This document shows positions 19,333-28,165 of a stretch of DNA of 64,000 nt, one piece after another. The notes under the pieces were generated by a model. The model ran no database searches and had not been told where the DNA came from. It saw only the letters and a list, made by a program, of their open reading frames with translations. The translations under genes were made by a program, and so were the position numbers. Every line of letters begins with the position of its first letter. The first letter of the stretch is position 1. Source of the DNA: Candidatus Omnitrophota bacterium (GTDB taxonomy: Bacteria > Omnitrophota > Gorgyraeia > Gygaellales > Profunditerraquicolaceae); NCBI GenBank assembly GCA_018825985.1, contig JAHKAP010000024.1, forward strand, positions 3,095 through 67,094, given 5' to 3'.

Positions 19333-20005
19333 GGTTACGCGCTTCTTTAAAACCCTTGGCCCGGTAATAGCAGCTGTCGCATTTACCGCACGGATATTTT
19401 CCGCCGGAATAACAAGACCAGGTTAATTCAAAAGGCACTCCTAAATAACTGCCCAGGCGGATAATTTCAGCCTTAGACTTATTCAATAAAGGAGCGATGA
19501 TCCGGATGCCTTGACCCTGAATTCCCGTTTTAGTCCCAACCTTGGCCGCCCGGTCAAATGCCTTAAAAAACTCCGGACGGCAATCAGGATAACCCGAATA
19601 ATCCTGGGAGTGGGCTCCGATAAAAACCGCTTCGGAACCAATCGCTTCAGCGTAGGACAAAGCAAAACTCAAAAAAATTATATTCCTGGCCGGAACATAG
19701 GTTGAGGGAATAACTTTTTTTTGCTTACCAGTTATAACGTTTTTACGCTTGGGCAGGCTGACCCGTTTGCCCAAAAGAGACGAACCATTCCAAGGCAAGC
19801 TGATCTTCACTATTTTATATCCGCATCCGGCCTTAAGAGCGAGCCTGCGGGCGAAAGATATCTCTTTTATATGCCGCTGGCCATAGTCGAATATAAGGCA
19901 AAACGGTTTAAACCCGCTCTTCCCGGCATAATACAAAGTTACAGCTGAATCCAGCCCGCCGGATAAAAGAACAACAGCCTTAGGAATAAATTTTCTACTC
20001 TTCAT
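19292..20005 (-). CDS. queC: 7-cyano-7-deazaguanine synthase QueC
   Basis: PP-loop AVVLLSGGLDSAV and C-terminal Zn-site CGKCDSCYYR; the last 12 aa (RDTLADKAKGVP) are encoded by family A repeat units. Confidence 0.9.
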   Translation of the reverse strand: MKSRKFIPKAVVLLSGGLDSAVTLYYAGKSGFKPFCLIFDYGQRHIKEISFARRLALKAGCGYKIVKISLPWNGSSLLGKRVSLPKRKNVITGKQKKVIPSTYVPARNIIFLSFALSYAEAIGSEAVFIGAHSQDYSGYPDCRPEFFKAFDRAAKVGTKTGIQGQGIRIIAPLLNKSKAEIIRLGSYLGVPFELTWSCYSGGKYPCGKCDSCYYRAKGFKEARNLRDTLADKAKGVP

Positions 20006-20354
20006 ATATGGCGCAGCTCGCCGGATTCTCCCAGACCGTCACCGAAATCAAACCCGGGATACCTCTCTTCAAGCGATCATAAATATACTTGGCGATATTC
20101 TCCGAGGTAGGATTGACTTTTTTAAAATAAGGGAGTTCATTTAAATACTTATGATCCAATTTTTCCAGGGTATCTCCCAAGACCTTTTTCATATATTTAA
20201 AATCCAGGACAAAACCTATTCTATCTAGCTTAGTTTTCCCGGCAACCGCTTCCACTCTCCAATTATGCCCATGGAGCTCTTCGCATTTTCCCTTATAGCC
20301 CCTTAGATTATGCGCGGAACTAAAACTCGCTTCTACTTTTACTTTATACACCAT
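19995..20354 (-). CDS. queD: 6-carboxy-5,6,7,8-tetrahydropterin synthase QueD
   Basis: SFSSAHNLRGYKGKCEELHGHNWRVE motif; 119 aa. Confidence 0.85.
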   Translation of the reverse strand: MVYKVKVEASFSSAHNLRGYKGKCEELHGHNWRVEAVAGKTKLDRIGFVLDFKYMKKVLGDTLEKLDHKYLNELPYFKKVNPTSENIAKYIYDRLKRGIPGLISVTVWENPASCAIYEE

Positions 20355-21138
20355 TCACCTTCTTTGCGTCAGGAACTGATTTGCCCAGAAAACTCTTAGC
20401 CATACCGTTAAACCATTCGGGATTATCGCTAACATAAAATTGATGCCTGCCCCGATGGCTCTTTTTGTTCAACATATTCTCGCCGGATAAAATCTTCTTT
20501 ACTTCAATAGCTACCTGTTTGGCTGAATCAATCAAGGCCACTTTTTCTCCCATCACCTCTTCAATCACCGGCTTAAGCAAGGGATAATGGGTGCAACCTA
20601 AAATAACCGTGTCCACCCGGGCAAGTTTTAAAGGTTCCAGGTATTTTTTAACCACATCGATAACCACCTCACCTTTAGTCCACCCCTCCTCAACCAATGG
20701 GACAAATAAAGGACAAGCAACCGCGGTAACTTTAACTTCCGGATCAAGCTGCCGGATCTCGTTCTCATAGGTCCGGCTATTAACCGTACCCTTAGTTCCA
20801 ATCACGCCCACCCTCTTATTCTGAGTAGCGTAAACCGCCTCCCTTACCGCCGGAGTAATCACCCCAACCAGCGGCACCCGAAAATGATTTTTAATTTCCG
20901 GTAGGGCAACGCTGGAAACGGTATTACAGGCCACACAGATAAGTTTCACATTCTGCTTTAAAAGAAAAAGTATATTTTCGATCGAGAAACGTATAACGGT
21001 CTCCCTGGATTTAATTCCGTAAGGGACCCGGGCAGTATCGCCAAAATAAATTATATCTTCATTAGGGAGTTGACGGAACAACTCCTTGGCCACAGTTAAT
21101 CCGCCTACGCCAGAATCAAACACCCCTATCGGCTGCAT
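20344..21138 (-). CDS. murI: glutamate racemase
   Basis: IGVFDSGVGGLTV and CNTVS / GCTHYP active-site blocks. Confidence 0.9.
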   Translation of the reverse strand: MQPIGVFDSGVGGLTVAKELFRQLPNEDIIYFGDTARVPYGIKSRETVIRFSIENILFLLKQNVKLICVACNTVSSVALPEIKNHFRVPLVGVITPAVREAVYATQNKRVGVIGTKGTVNSRTYENEIRQLDPEVKVTAVACPLFVPLVEEGWTKGEVVIDVVKKYLEPLKLARVDTVILGCTHYPLLKPVIEEVMGEKVALIDSAKQVAIEVKKILSGENMLNKKSHRGRHQFYVSDNPEWFNGMAKSFLGKSVPDAKKVNGV

Positions 21139-21155
21139 GTGTTCTTCGCCTTTCT

Positions 21156-22217
21156 TTAATAATCCCGGGCGTAGTCTAAGATCGCATCCTTAATGCCCTG
21201 GGCTATTTTTTGCCGGTAATAACTATTCTTTAAAAAATTCTCTTCCCCGGAATTAGATAAAAAACCAACCTCAACCAATACCGCCGGAACTCGGGCTCCT
21301 TTTAAAACCTGAAAACGCGCGCCCTTTACCCCTAAAATTTTGCAATTTAAATCCCGCTGAACAACATTACAGATCAAACGGCCTAACCTTATAGATTCAG
21401 CCCGGTCATAGTTATAAATAATATCCCATAAGGTTGCCTTTAGGTTTAGCGTGGGCGTTGAATAAAAAGAATCGCCCAGGTTAAGCTTGGCATGCTCAGC
21501 CGCGTATAACGCCCGTCGGCTATCATCAATATCAAAAGCAGGATAATATACCTCAAATCCGGTAAGGCTCTTTACCCGGCTGGCATTGGAATGTACGCTG
21601 ACAAAAAGATCAGCCTGGGCATCATTAGCTATATTCACCCTGCGTTCAAGCGGGATAAAACTGTCGGTGGAACGGGTCATAATAACTTGAATGCCTTCTT
21701 GTTTTAAAAGCGTTCCCAATCGCTTGGCAATATCCAGATTTACATGCTTCTCCCGTGAACCTGTCCTACCTATGGCTCCGGGGTCATTACCGCCATGGCC
21801 GGCGTCAATGACAACTTTTTTTATCAACACAGTAGGCATAGTAATTTTCTTGAGCGGAATATATTCTTTAAACAAAGAGTCGAGTATCTGTCCTTTAAAA
21901 TTTAAAGGCACAACAACTGTCCCCTCGTAAATATCAACCGGATGTTTAAGATACTGCGCAACGCCATCCACCAAAACCATTTTTTCACCCAAACGCAAAT
22001 TTATTCTATGCTTATCCTTGCTCATCAGAATATTGCGGGTGATCAGATCATATTCCCAATTAATTCCTTTGGCGTCGCATAACGAAACTAAAGATAAATA
22101 GTCCACACCGTTAATGCTATAACCCGGCAACCCGCCTCTAGTAGCCACAGTAGCGCATCCGCAAAGATATAAAGTCAACAAAATAAAATATAAAGTATAT
22201 ATTTTTCTGGTAAACAT
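21156..22217 (-). CDS. N-acetylmuramoyl-L-alanine amidase (Amidase_3, AmiC-like) with N-terminal AMIN-like domain; lipoprotein or secreted
   Basis: VIDAGHGGNDPGAIG, FVSVHSNA, Amidase_3 Zn-ligand blocks; signal peptide with LYLCGC. Confidence 0.8.
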   Translation of the reverse strand: MFTRKIYTLYFILLTLYLCGCATVATRGGLPGYSINGVDYLSLVSLCDAKGINWEYDLITRNILMSKDKHRINLRLGEKMVLVDGVAQYLKHPVDIYEGTVVVPLNFKGQILDSLFKEYIPLKKITMPTVLIKKVVIDAGHGGNDPGAIGRTGSREKHVNLDIAKRLGTLLKQEGIQVIMTRSTDSFIPLERRVNIANDAQADLFVSVHSNASRVKSLTGFEVYYPAFDIDDSRRALYAAEHAKLNLGDSFYSTPTLNLKATLWDIIYNYDRAESIRLGRLICNVVQRDLNCKILGVKGARFQVLKGARVPAVLVEVGFLSNSGEENFLKNSYYRQKIAQGIKDAILDYARDY

Positions 22218-22290
22218 AAATAATTATATTAACTCACCAATATATAGATTAAACTTCCTGCTTTTTACTCCATTTAAATACATTCTTAAG

Positions 22291-22316
22291 GGGAAATCCC
22301 GCGAGCGGTATTTCCC
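22291..22316 (-). terminator. stem-loop immediately 3' of ssrA (putative transcript end or processing structure)
   Basis: gggaaatccc gcgagcgg tatttccc hairpin directly downstream of the tmRNA CCA; no clean U-run. Confidence 0.3.
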
Positions 22317-22341
22317 GTAGATTTTGGTGGAGGTGGCGGGA

Positions 22342-22977
22342 CACTTATCTACCTGTTTTCCAAGTAGCGTGGACTATCTCTTCGCCCGATAATATACCGG
22401 GAGCCTGGCGTATTATAAGAAGCATAATTTTACCGTTGGTTTAACTCTCTAATCTTAGCCACCAGCTTCATCTTATCACTAAGCATCTTTGGAGTATATT
22501 TACCTGCTCGATGAGTCACAGATTTATACTTTTCTAATATCAAAGTTGCTTGTGGCTTCTTTACGATTAGATATTTAACTATTTCCCCGAGAAAGCATAA
22601 TGCCCTGTCTTGACGAACAGACCATGCAAAAGAATCATTATGTTGAGGTTTGTATTTTTTCTTTGAACAAACTAATCCTCCGCACCTATATTTAATCCAC
22701 TGCAAGAGTTTTAGATTATTATTTGCAATAGAAACATAGGGTATAGGAGTTTCATTCTTATGATGTTTCATAAGCGTTACTGTGCCCTCGCCATCAACAA
22801 TTCCTGCTAAATTAGCTTTCTCAGATTCTTCCAACGGTATCACCTCCTATCTCCTCAATTGAGGAAGTCTCTGCAGGGCTTTCACCCCTCAGGATTACCC
22901 TCGCATTTGCGTTTGGGTTTCCCTGATGTAAGCCAGGTTTTTCATTCCGGATTACTCCGGAAGTCGACCTTAATACT
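22342..22977 (-). mobile_element. group I intron (636 nt) inserted after the U of the tmRNA T-loop, carrying a homing endonuclease ORF
   Basis: Exon 1 ends in U paired to the G of an internal guide GUCGA (P1: UCGAU/GUCGA, 4 WC pairs plus the terminal U-G); intron ends with omega-G (AGAUAAGUG) just before the 3' exon; ~220 nt of core RNA plus a 414 nt ORF. Confidence 0.7.
22430..22843 (-). CDS. LAGLIDADG homing endonuclease (single-motif, 137 aa) encoded within the tmRNA group I intron
   Basis: N-terminal LAGIVDGEG motif (LAGLIDADG family); basic C-terminal half. Confidence 0.8.
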   Translation of the reverse strand: MIPLEESEKANLAGIVDGEGTVTLMKHHKNETPIPYVSIANNNLKLLQWIKYRCGGLVCSKKKYKPQHNDSFAWSVRQDRALCFLGEIVKYLIVKKPQATLILEKYKSVTHRAGKYTPKMLSDKMKLVAKIRELNQR

Positions 22978-23369
22978 GATCGAACCCGCGTCCCTAGATA
23001 ACTGAATAAAAGCCGCTACATGCTTAGCCCCGTATTTTTTGCTTACTACTGCAGCTCCTGCGGGGCAGGATTTGCAGTCCGCGGCCTTTTTGAATCTCGC
23101 TTCGGCCCCAAAGGCTAATTTACCAAAGCCAGCCTGCTTGGGCATCCTTTTACCTCGCAGGCTAAGATAAAAGGATGGCTTCGCTAAATTAGTTAGCGAA
23201 GGCTGGGACCAAACCCATACCCATGGGCATAGCCATAGGCGCTGGTTTAGTAAACGCTATTCTGTTATTTGCGTTTATATTGTGCAAGGATTATTAACGC
23301 GGCCAACCTTGCGTCCGCGGCATGCTGCCGTTACCCTAATCACCTAAGTCGAACCCTTTCACCCCCCTT

Positions 23370-23822
23370 TTATTTTCTTCTGTTCCTGATCGCCCGACGG
23401 ACAGCCAAATCCGTCTCCCGGCGTTTTATATCTTCTCTTTTATCGTAATGTTTCTTGCCCTTAGCCAAAGCCAGTTCAACTTTAACCAAGCCTTTATCAT
23501 TGAAATAAATCTTTAAAGGAACCAGGGTACATCCCCGCTGGATGACCTGGCCCATTAATTTACTAATCTGCTTACGATGAAGCAAGAGCCTGCGCACCCG
23601 GGTTGGCTCAACATTTAAATAACTGGCCTGGGCATAAGGGCTGATATGAAGATTGTATAAAATTACTTCGTTCTTATCGATTCGGGCAAAACTATCTTTG
23701 AGGTTTACCCGGCCATCCCGGGCTGATTTTACTTCGCTCCCCTTTAATTCTATTCCGCACTCCAGGGCCTCCAGAATATCATAATCCCTGAATCCCTCGC
23801 GGTTAGTAGCTATCATTTTCAT
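23370..23822 (-). CDS. smpB: SsrA-binding protein SmpB
   Basis: GIELKGSEVKS, VRRLLLHRKQI, C-terminal basic tail; 150 aa; tmRNA immediately downstream. Confidence 0.9.
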   Translation of the reverse strand: MKMIATNREGFRDYDILEALECGIELKGSEVKSARDGRVNLKDSFARIDKNEVILYNLHISPYAQASYLNVEPTRVRRLLLHRKQISKLMGQVIQRGCTLVPLKIYFNDKGLVKVELALAKGKKHYDKREDIKRRETDLAVRRAIRNRRK

Positions 23823-24775
23823 TTTAACATGAATTTCATAAAATATAAACTCAGGAATACCGGCACAGTCACAAGGCTTGCGATATGCCCAAAGAATATG
23901 CCCTGGCTTACAATCAAATCCTCTTTCTTATAATGATTCAAGATCACTGACAAGTTGGTAGCCGGAGGCATAGCTGACTGCAATACTATTAATAATCCTA
24001 AAGGCGAAGGCAGGTTAAACTGCCAGACCAGCCATAAACCCAGAGCAGGTAAAATCACCAATTTAGCCATAACCATGGCTGAAATTAATTTTTTTTCTAC
24101 TTTCCTTAAATGAATAGCCGCGATATTGCCTCCAACCACAAAAGTAGCCAAAGGCAAAGTGCAATCTCCGGTGATCCCCAAAGGCTTTATGATAACCTCC
24201 GGGATGAACCGGGATAAATTTAAAGCTACAACCGCCAGCCCTAAAAAAGTAGCGATTACCGGAGGGCTGAATAAACTCTGCCATTCAAATTTCTTGTCTT
24301 TGTGAAAAGTCAAGATGTAAACCCCGAAAGAAAAAAGCAAAAGATTAAATCCCAAAAGGAACAAGAATAAATAAATGAACATCGTGCTTAAGCGCTCGCC
24401 CTGGAGCAACGAAGCAACCAGGACCAACGGAAGGTATCCGGAATTTTGAAAAGCTACCAGGCTTAAAAACTGCAGTTTATGCTGCAGGCCCTTTACAAAC
24501 CCGCTAAAGATCAAGCCAACCAATAAACCGGCAATAGTTATGCCTACGCTTATTAAGGGAAAAACCCACCAATCAGGATAAAGGTGAAAACTAAAATCTT
24601 TGATCAACCGGTAAAAAATAAAAACTGGCATGGTTACCTCAATAACCAAACGGCTTAAAGCGTACAATCCCTCTTCTCCTAAGATATTACGTTTGATCAG
24701 AAAATAACCGATCAGACCAAGTATAAAACTCTGTCCGACACCCGAGACAATAATTTTAAATGACTCCTGGAACAC
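23819..24775 (-). CDS. AEC family (auxin efflux carrier / malate permease-like) transporter
   Basis: 10-TM profile; N-terminal block IIVSGVGQSFILGLIGYFLIK typical of the AEC family. Confidence 0.7.
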   Translation of the reverse strand: MFQESFKIIVSGVGQSFILGLIGYFLIKRNILGEEGLYALSRLVIEVTMPVFIFYRLIKDFSFHLYPDWWVFPLISVGITIAGLLVGLIFSGFVKGLQHKLQFLSLVAFQNSGYLPLVLVASLLQGERLSTMFIYLFLFLLGFNLLLFSFGVYILTFHKDKKFEWQSLFSPPVIATFLGLAVVALNLSRFIPEVIIKPLGITGDCTLPLATFVVGGNIAAIHLRKVEKKLISAMVMAKLVILPALGLWLVWQFNLPSPLGLLIVLQSAMPPATNLSVILNHYKKEDLIVSQGIFFGHIASLVTVPVFLSLYFMKFMLK

Positions 24776-24848
24776 AATATCCCCCTATTTTGTAAACTTA
24801 TATTATAACAACAAAAAAATAGCGCCGCAATGCTTTTATACGAATGCA

Positions 24849-24877
24849 TTGACAGGGCAATAAGTCTAATATATACT
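24849..24877 (+). promoter_or_regulatory. near-consensus sigma70 promoter (TTGACA, 17 nt spacer, TATACT) driving tRNA-Leu
   Basis: ttgaca 24849-24854, 17 nt spacer, tatact 24872-24877; predicted TSS ~9 nt before the tRNA 5' end. Confidence 0.55.
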
Positions 24878-24892
24878 TGATGTTGGAATTTT

Positions 24893-24973
24893 GCGGAAGT
24901 GGCGGAATGGCATACGCGCACGTCTCAGAAGCGTGTGGGGTAACCCTTGAGGGTTCAACTCCCTCCTTCCGCA
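24893..24973 (+). tRNA. tRNA-Leu (anticodon CAG), long variable arm
   Basis: GCGGAAG acceptor, anticodon loop CTCAGAA, variable arm TGGGGTAACCCTTGA, T-arm GGGTTCAACTCCC, 3' CTTCCGC-A. Confidence 0.85.
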
Positions 24974-25036
24974 CTAAATTGTAAGATTAATCTTAACTAA
25001 TTACGTTTATGTGTTAAGAAAATAAAAAACTGTTTT

Positions 25037-25738
25037 TTAATTAACCCGCAGGAATAAAATCAATGCCATGGCCTCCCAGATCATACCCAATGAGAATTTA
25101 GATTTTCCCTTGTTCCTTTTTAAAAAAACAATAGGAATTTCTTTAAACCTACACCCCCTGCGGCCGAGAAGATAATTCATCTCCGCCTGGAAGAAAAATC
25201 CCCTACTCCTAATCTTATTAAAATTAATATTTTTTAACACTGCAGCCTTAAAGCATTTATAACCGCTTAAAACATCTCTTATCTTGACGCCAAGCATAAA
25301 CCTGGTTAAACCAGCCCCGATTATGCTGATACACGGCCTAAATAAACCACGCAAACATGAACTGCCGCCGGAAATATACCGCGAGCCGATAACTACATCA
25401 AATGACTCCGCCTGCTTAAGCATCTCCGGAATATGCGCCGGGTTGTGGGAAAGATCAGCATCCATCTGGATTATATGCTCCGGGTCCATCTCCAGGGCTT
25501 TTTCAAATCCCCGGACATAGGCCAGGGCAATGCCTTCTTTCTCCTTCTTAATTAAGTAGATTCTCTTGTCATATTTGGCGATATTTTCGATTAGCCCGGA
25601 TGTGCCATCCGGAGAATTATCATCGACAAACAAAACTATCAAATCATTATCAACCTCAAATATCCTATTTATGAGATCCGAAATATTTTCTCTTTCATTA
25701 TAGGTAGGAATAACTACAATGGTCTTCCCAGGTATCAT
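25037..25738 (-). CDS. family 2 glycosyltransferase (polyprenol-phosphate / dolichol-phosphate mannosyltransferase-like)
   Basis: IVVIPTYNERENI...LFVDDNSPDGT...QMDADLSH (DxD and GT2 blocks). Confidence 0.8.
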   Translation of the reverse strand: MIPGKTIVVIPTYNERENISDLINRIFEVDNDLIVLFVDDNSPDGTSGLIENIAKYDKRIYLIKKEKEGIALAYVRGFEKALEMDPEHIIQMDADLSHNPAHIPEMLKQAESFDVVIGSRYISGGSSCLRGLFRPCISIIGAGLTRFMLGVKIRDVLSGYKCFKAAVLKNINFNKIRSRGFFFQAEMNYLLGRRGCRFKEIPIVFLKRNKGKSKFSLGMIWEAMALILFLRVN

Positions 25739-25749
25739 TATCCGGGTTC

Positions 25750-26718
25750 CTAAATGGCTTCCATGGTTGAAGGCGGCTTAGAAGTAATATTATAGGTGAC
25801 ACTGACCACGCCGGGGACAACGTTAGTTATCCTCTGAGCCAATTTAGTCAGCGTAGAATAAGGCAAATTAGTAGGAATAGCCCTACGGGCATCAATACTA
25901 TCCCAGCAGCGGATCTCGATCTGTAAACCAAAATTCCTTTTGCCGCTACGCATGCCGGTTACCCTGTCATTATGTAAAATCGCCATATATTGGAAAGCCT
26001 TAATCGGCCGCAATTCCTCCTCCGTAATGGCGGTTGCCAGCCTTACTATTTTTATTTTCTCCGGATTTACTTCACCGATAACCCTGGCTGCTAAAGCCGG
26101 TCCGGGAAAAGGCATACGATTATATACCGACTCCGGCAAACCGCAGGCCTTAGCTATCATCCTCACTCCATCTTTGCGTAATTGAACCAAAGGCTCAATA
26201 ATCTTATAACCAAAGGCTTTCTGGGGATCAATGCCAAGTTGTTCAAAAACATTGTGCTGCCGTTTTATCCCGGCAACTGTTTCATCCACGTCAGTAAGAA
26301 TTGTCCCCTGCAAAAGATATTTCGCCTTGCTCTGCCTGACCAGCTTGCCAAATACGTCTTTATAAAAAGTCTGGGTAATAGCCTCCCGTTTTTTTTCAGG
26401 ATCAGTTATCCCCCGTAAGCTAAAAAAGAATTTATCCCGGGCATCCAATATTTTAACAGTTACCCCCAGCTTTTTAAATATAGCTACGATCTTCGCGGGT
26501 TCGCCTTCGCGCATTATTCCGTTATTAATAAAGTAGGTCTTTAAGTTATTTCCTAGAGCCTTATGGCCCAACATAGTAACCGCGGAAGAATCAACGCCTC
26601 CGGACAAAGCGTTAATAACTAAACCATCTCCTACAATATCCTTAATCCCTCCGGCCTTCTGACAGATAAATTTCTTAGCATCTAAATCTTTAAGTTTAAT
26701 CTCTTTAATTTTCTCCAC
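25750..26718 (-). CDS. guaA: GMP synthase ATP-pyrophosphatase subunit (GuaA subunit B / C-terminal domain, stand-alone)
   Basis: PP-loop SGGVDSS; C-terminal dimerisation domain ending NITSKPPSTMEAI; no adjacent GATase subunit in the window. Confidence 0.8.
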   Translation of the reverse strand: MEKIKEIKLKDLDAKKFICQKAGGIKDIVGDGLVINALSGGVDSSAVTMLGHKALGNNLKTYFINNGIMREGEPAKIVAIFKKLGVTVKILDARDKFFFSLRGITDPEKKREAITQTFYKDVFGKLVRQSKAKYLLQGTILTDVDETVAGIKRQHNVFEQLGIDPQKAFGYKIIEPLVQLRKDGVRMIAKACGLPESVYNRMPFPGPALAARVIGEVNPEKIKIVRLATAITEEELRPIKAFQYMAILHNDRVTGMRSGKRNFGLQIEIRCWDSIDARRAIPTNLPYSTLTKLAQRITNVVPGVVSVTYNITSKPPSTMEAI

Positions 26719-26734
26719 TTCATCCTCCTTTTTT

Positions 26735-27067
26735 TTAAGACCTGATCATGGTTAAGATCATTTTAAACCGTTGTAAGGCCTTCACAGAGTGCGGTTTATT
26801 CGCCGGCATAATAATCATCGCGCCTTTTTTTAGGTTAAACGGCTTACCCGCAATATATATCCGGGCGGTTCCTTCAATAACATAAATCAGGGCGTCAAAC
26901 GGCGCGGTATGCTCACTTAAGCCCTGACCCTTATCAAAAGCGAAAAACGTGACTGTGCCGATTTTTTTATCGATTATGGTCCGGCTGACAATAGATTTTT
27001 TTTCATATCCAGCCAGATCAACAAATTGGATAACCCTGGATCTTATATCTTTCAATATTTTAACCAT
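26735..27067 (-). CDS. cupin domain protein
   Basis: 110 aa; conserved cupin-2 His/Glu pattern GLSEHTAPFDALIYVIEGTARI...HSVKAL. Confidence 0.55.
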   Translation of the reverse strand: MVKILKDIRSRVIQFVDLAGYEKKSIVSRTIIDKKIGTVTFFAFDKGQGLSEHTAPFDALIYVIEGTARIYIAGKPFNLKKGAMIIMPANKPHSVKALQRFKMILTMIRS

Positions 27068-28165
27068 TTATTCACCTTTCCTATCAGTCAATTCCATCTT
27101 ACTAACAATCCCCCGGTAGGCTGAGAAAGCCGGTTTTCTGGAAAAATCCCAACGGACCAGGCCTAAATAATCGGTTCCGTTTTTCCAGTGTTCTTTGCAA
27201 TCCCGGAAAAATGCCCAAAAGACCTTTTCTACATAACCCAGCCTTAATAATTCAGTATATACATCCTTGACCCACTGAGCCTGCTGACGCAGGCTAGGAT
27301 TACTGCCCATCCACCAGGAAGCTACTCTTGAGCCTCTATTTACTCCGGGGGAACCTATTTCAGTAACCCAGATCTTTTTATTTCCATCTCCATTCCTCTT
27401 CATAATCTTATAAACCAGCTTAGGGTAAGCGGATATCCTTTTTACTGCGCCCGGATTTAAGGGTGATTCAAATATATGTAAATTCAGAATATCAAAATAA
27501 TCTTTGGCTTTATTATCATACAGATTATTTACGCTGGAGGCGCCTTTAGCAAATCCTCCATTTAAAATCTTGCATTCCGGATCTACCTTCTTCAAAGCCA
27601 GGTAAACATCTTTAAGCAATAGACAATAACTTTTTAAGCCATCCTGGGGCTGCCAATATATATGGGAATCCGGCTCATTCCAGATCTCCCAATATTTTAT
27701 CTGATCTTTATAACGTTTGACAACCAAGCAGGCGTATTTAACAAATAATTCATTATGCTCTGGAGGCGAATTCCATTTTCCGCAGATAGATGCCCAGCTT
27801 GCGCAATAATTCAAAAGTCCGAGTATCTTTATATTATTTTTAATCAGTAGATCGACTATTTTATCGTATTTTTCAAAATCGAACTTATCCGGCTGAGGCT
27901 CAATATCCTCCCACAAAAAATCCATCCTTACCCAGCCAATACCAGCCTCTTTCATTAAGCTTACGGCTTTGAACAAGTCTGCATCAGAGGCGTATTTATA
28001 ATTGTTCCAATCGTGGTTCCAGTGCAAAAATTCCAGTACGCCGAAAGGATTATCTTGATTATCTTTTATTATGCCCGCATTTGCCATTTTATTATCATTT
28101 TTAAACCCCGTATTAGAACATATTAACATCAACATAATCACCCATGAGATCCACCTATTGTCCAT
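27068..28165 (-). CDS. secreted glycoside hydrolase (TIM-barrel, GH5/GH39-like)
   Basis: Signal peptide; WEIWNEPD catalytic acid/base block. Confidence 0.55.
   Translation of the reverse strand: MDNRWISWVIMLMLICSNTGFKNDNKMANAGIIKDNQDNPFGVLEFLHWNHDWNNYKYASDADLFKAVSLMKEAGIGWVRMDFLWEDIEPQPDKFDFEKYDKIVDLLIKNNIKILGLLNYCASWASICGKWNSPPEHNELFVKYACLVVKRYKDQIKYWEIWNEPDSHIYWQPQDGLKSYCLLLKDVYLALKKVDPECKILNGGFAKGASSVNNLYDNKAKDYFDILNLHIFESPLNPGAVKRISAYPKLVYKIMKRNGDGNKKIWVTEIGSPGVNRGSRVASWWMGSNPSLRQQAQWVKDVYTELLRLGYVEKVFWAFFRDCKEHWKNGTDYLGLVRWDFSRKPAFSAYRGIVSKMELTDRKGE

Larger units (their letters stand above)
22325..23366 (-). ncRNA. ssrA: tmRNA (ssrA) gene interrupted by a group I intron in the T-loop
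   Basis: 5' exon (23366..22978) begins GGGGGGUGAAAGGGUUCGAC...GCAUGCCGCGGACGCAAGGUUGGCCGCGU with PK1 and tag/helix-5 architecture colinear with E. coli tmRNA, and ends ...GGACGCGGGUUCGAU. 3' exon (22341..22325) UCCCGCCACCUCCACCA restores the T-stem, a 7 bp acceptor pairing with the 5' GGGGGUG, discriminator A and encoded CCA. Lies directly downstream of smpB. Confidence 0.8.

Noticed and set aside
22942-23145. 67 aa minus-strand ORF (MPKQAGFGKLAFGAEARFKK...) in the ORF track
   Set aside because: It lies inside the tmRNA 5' exon (PK2-PK4 region). It is the structured RNA read as protein, not a gene.
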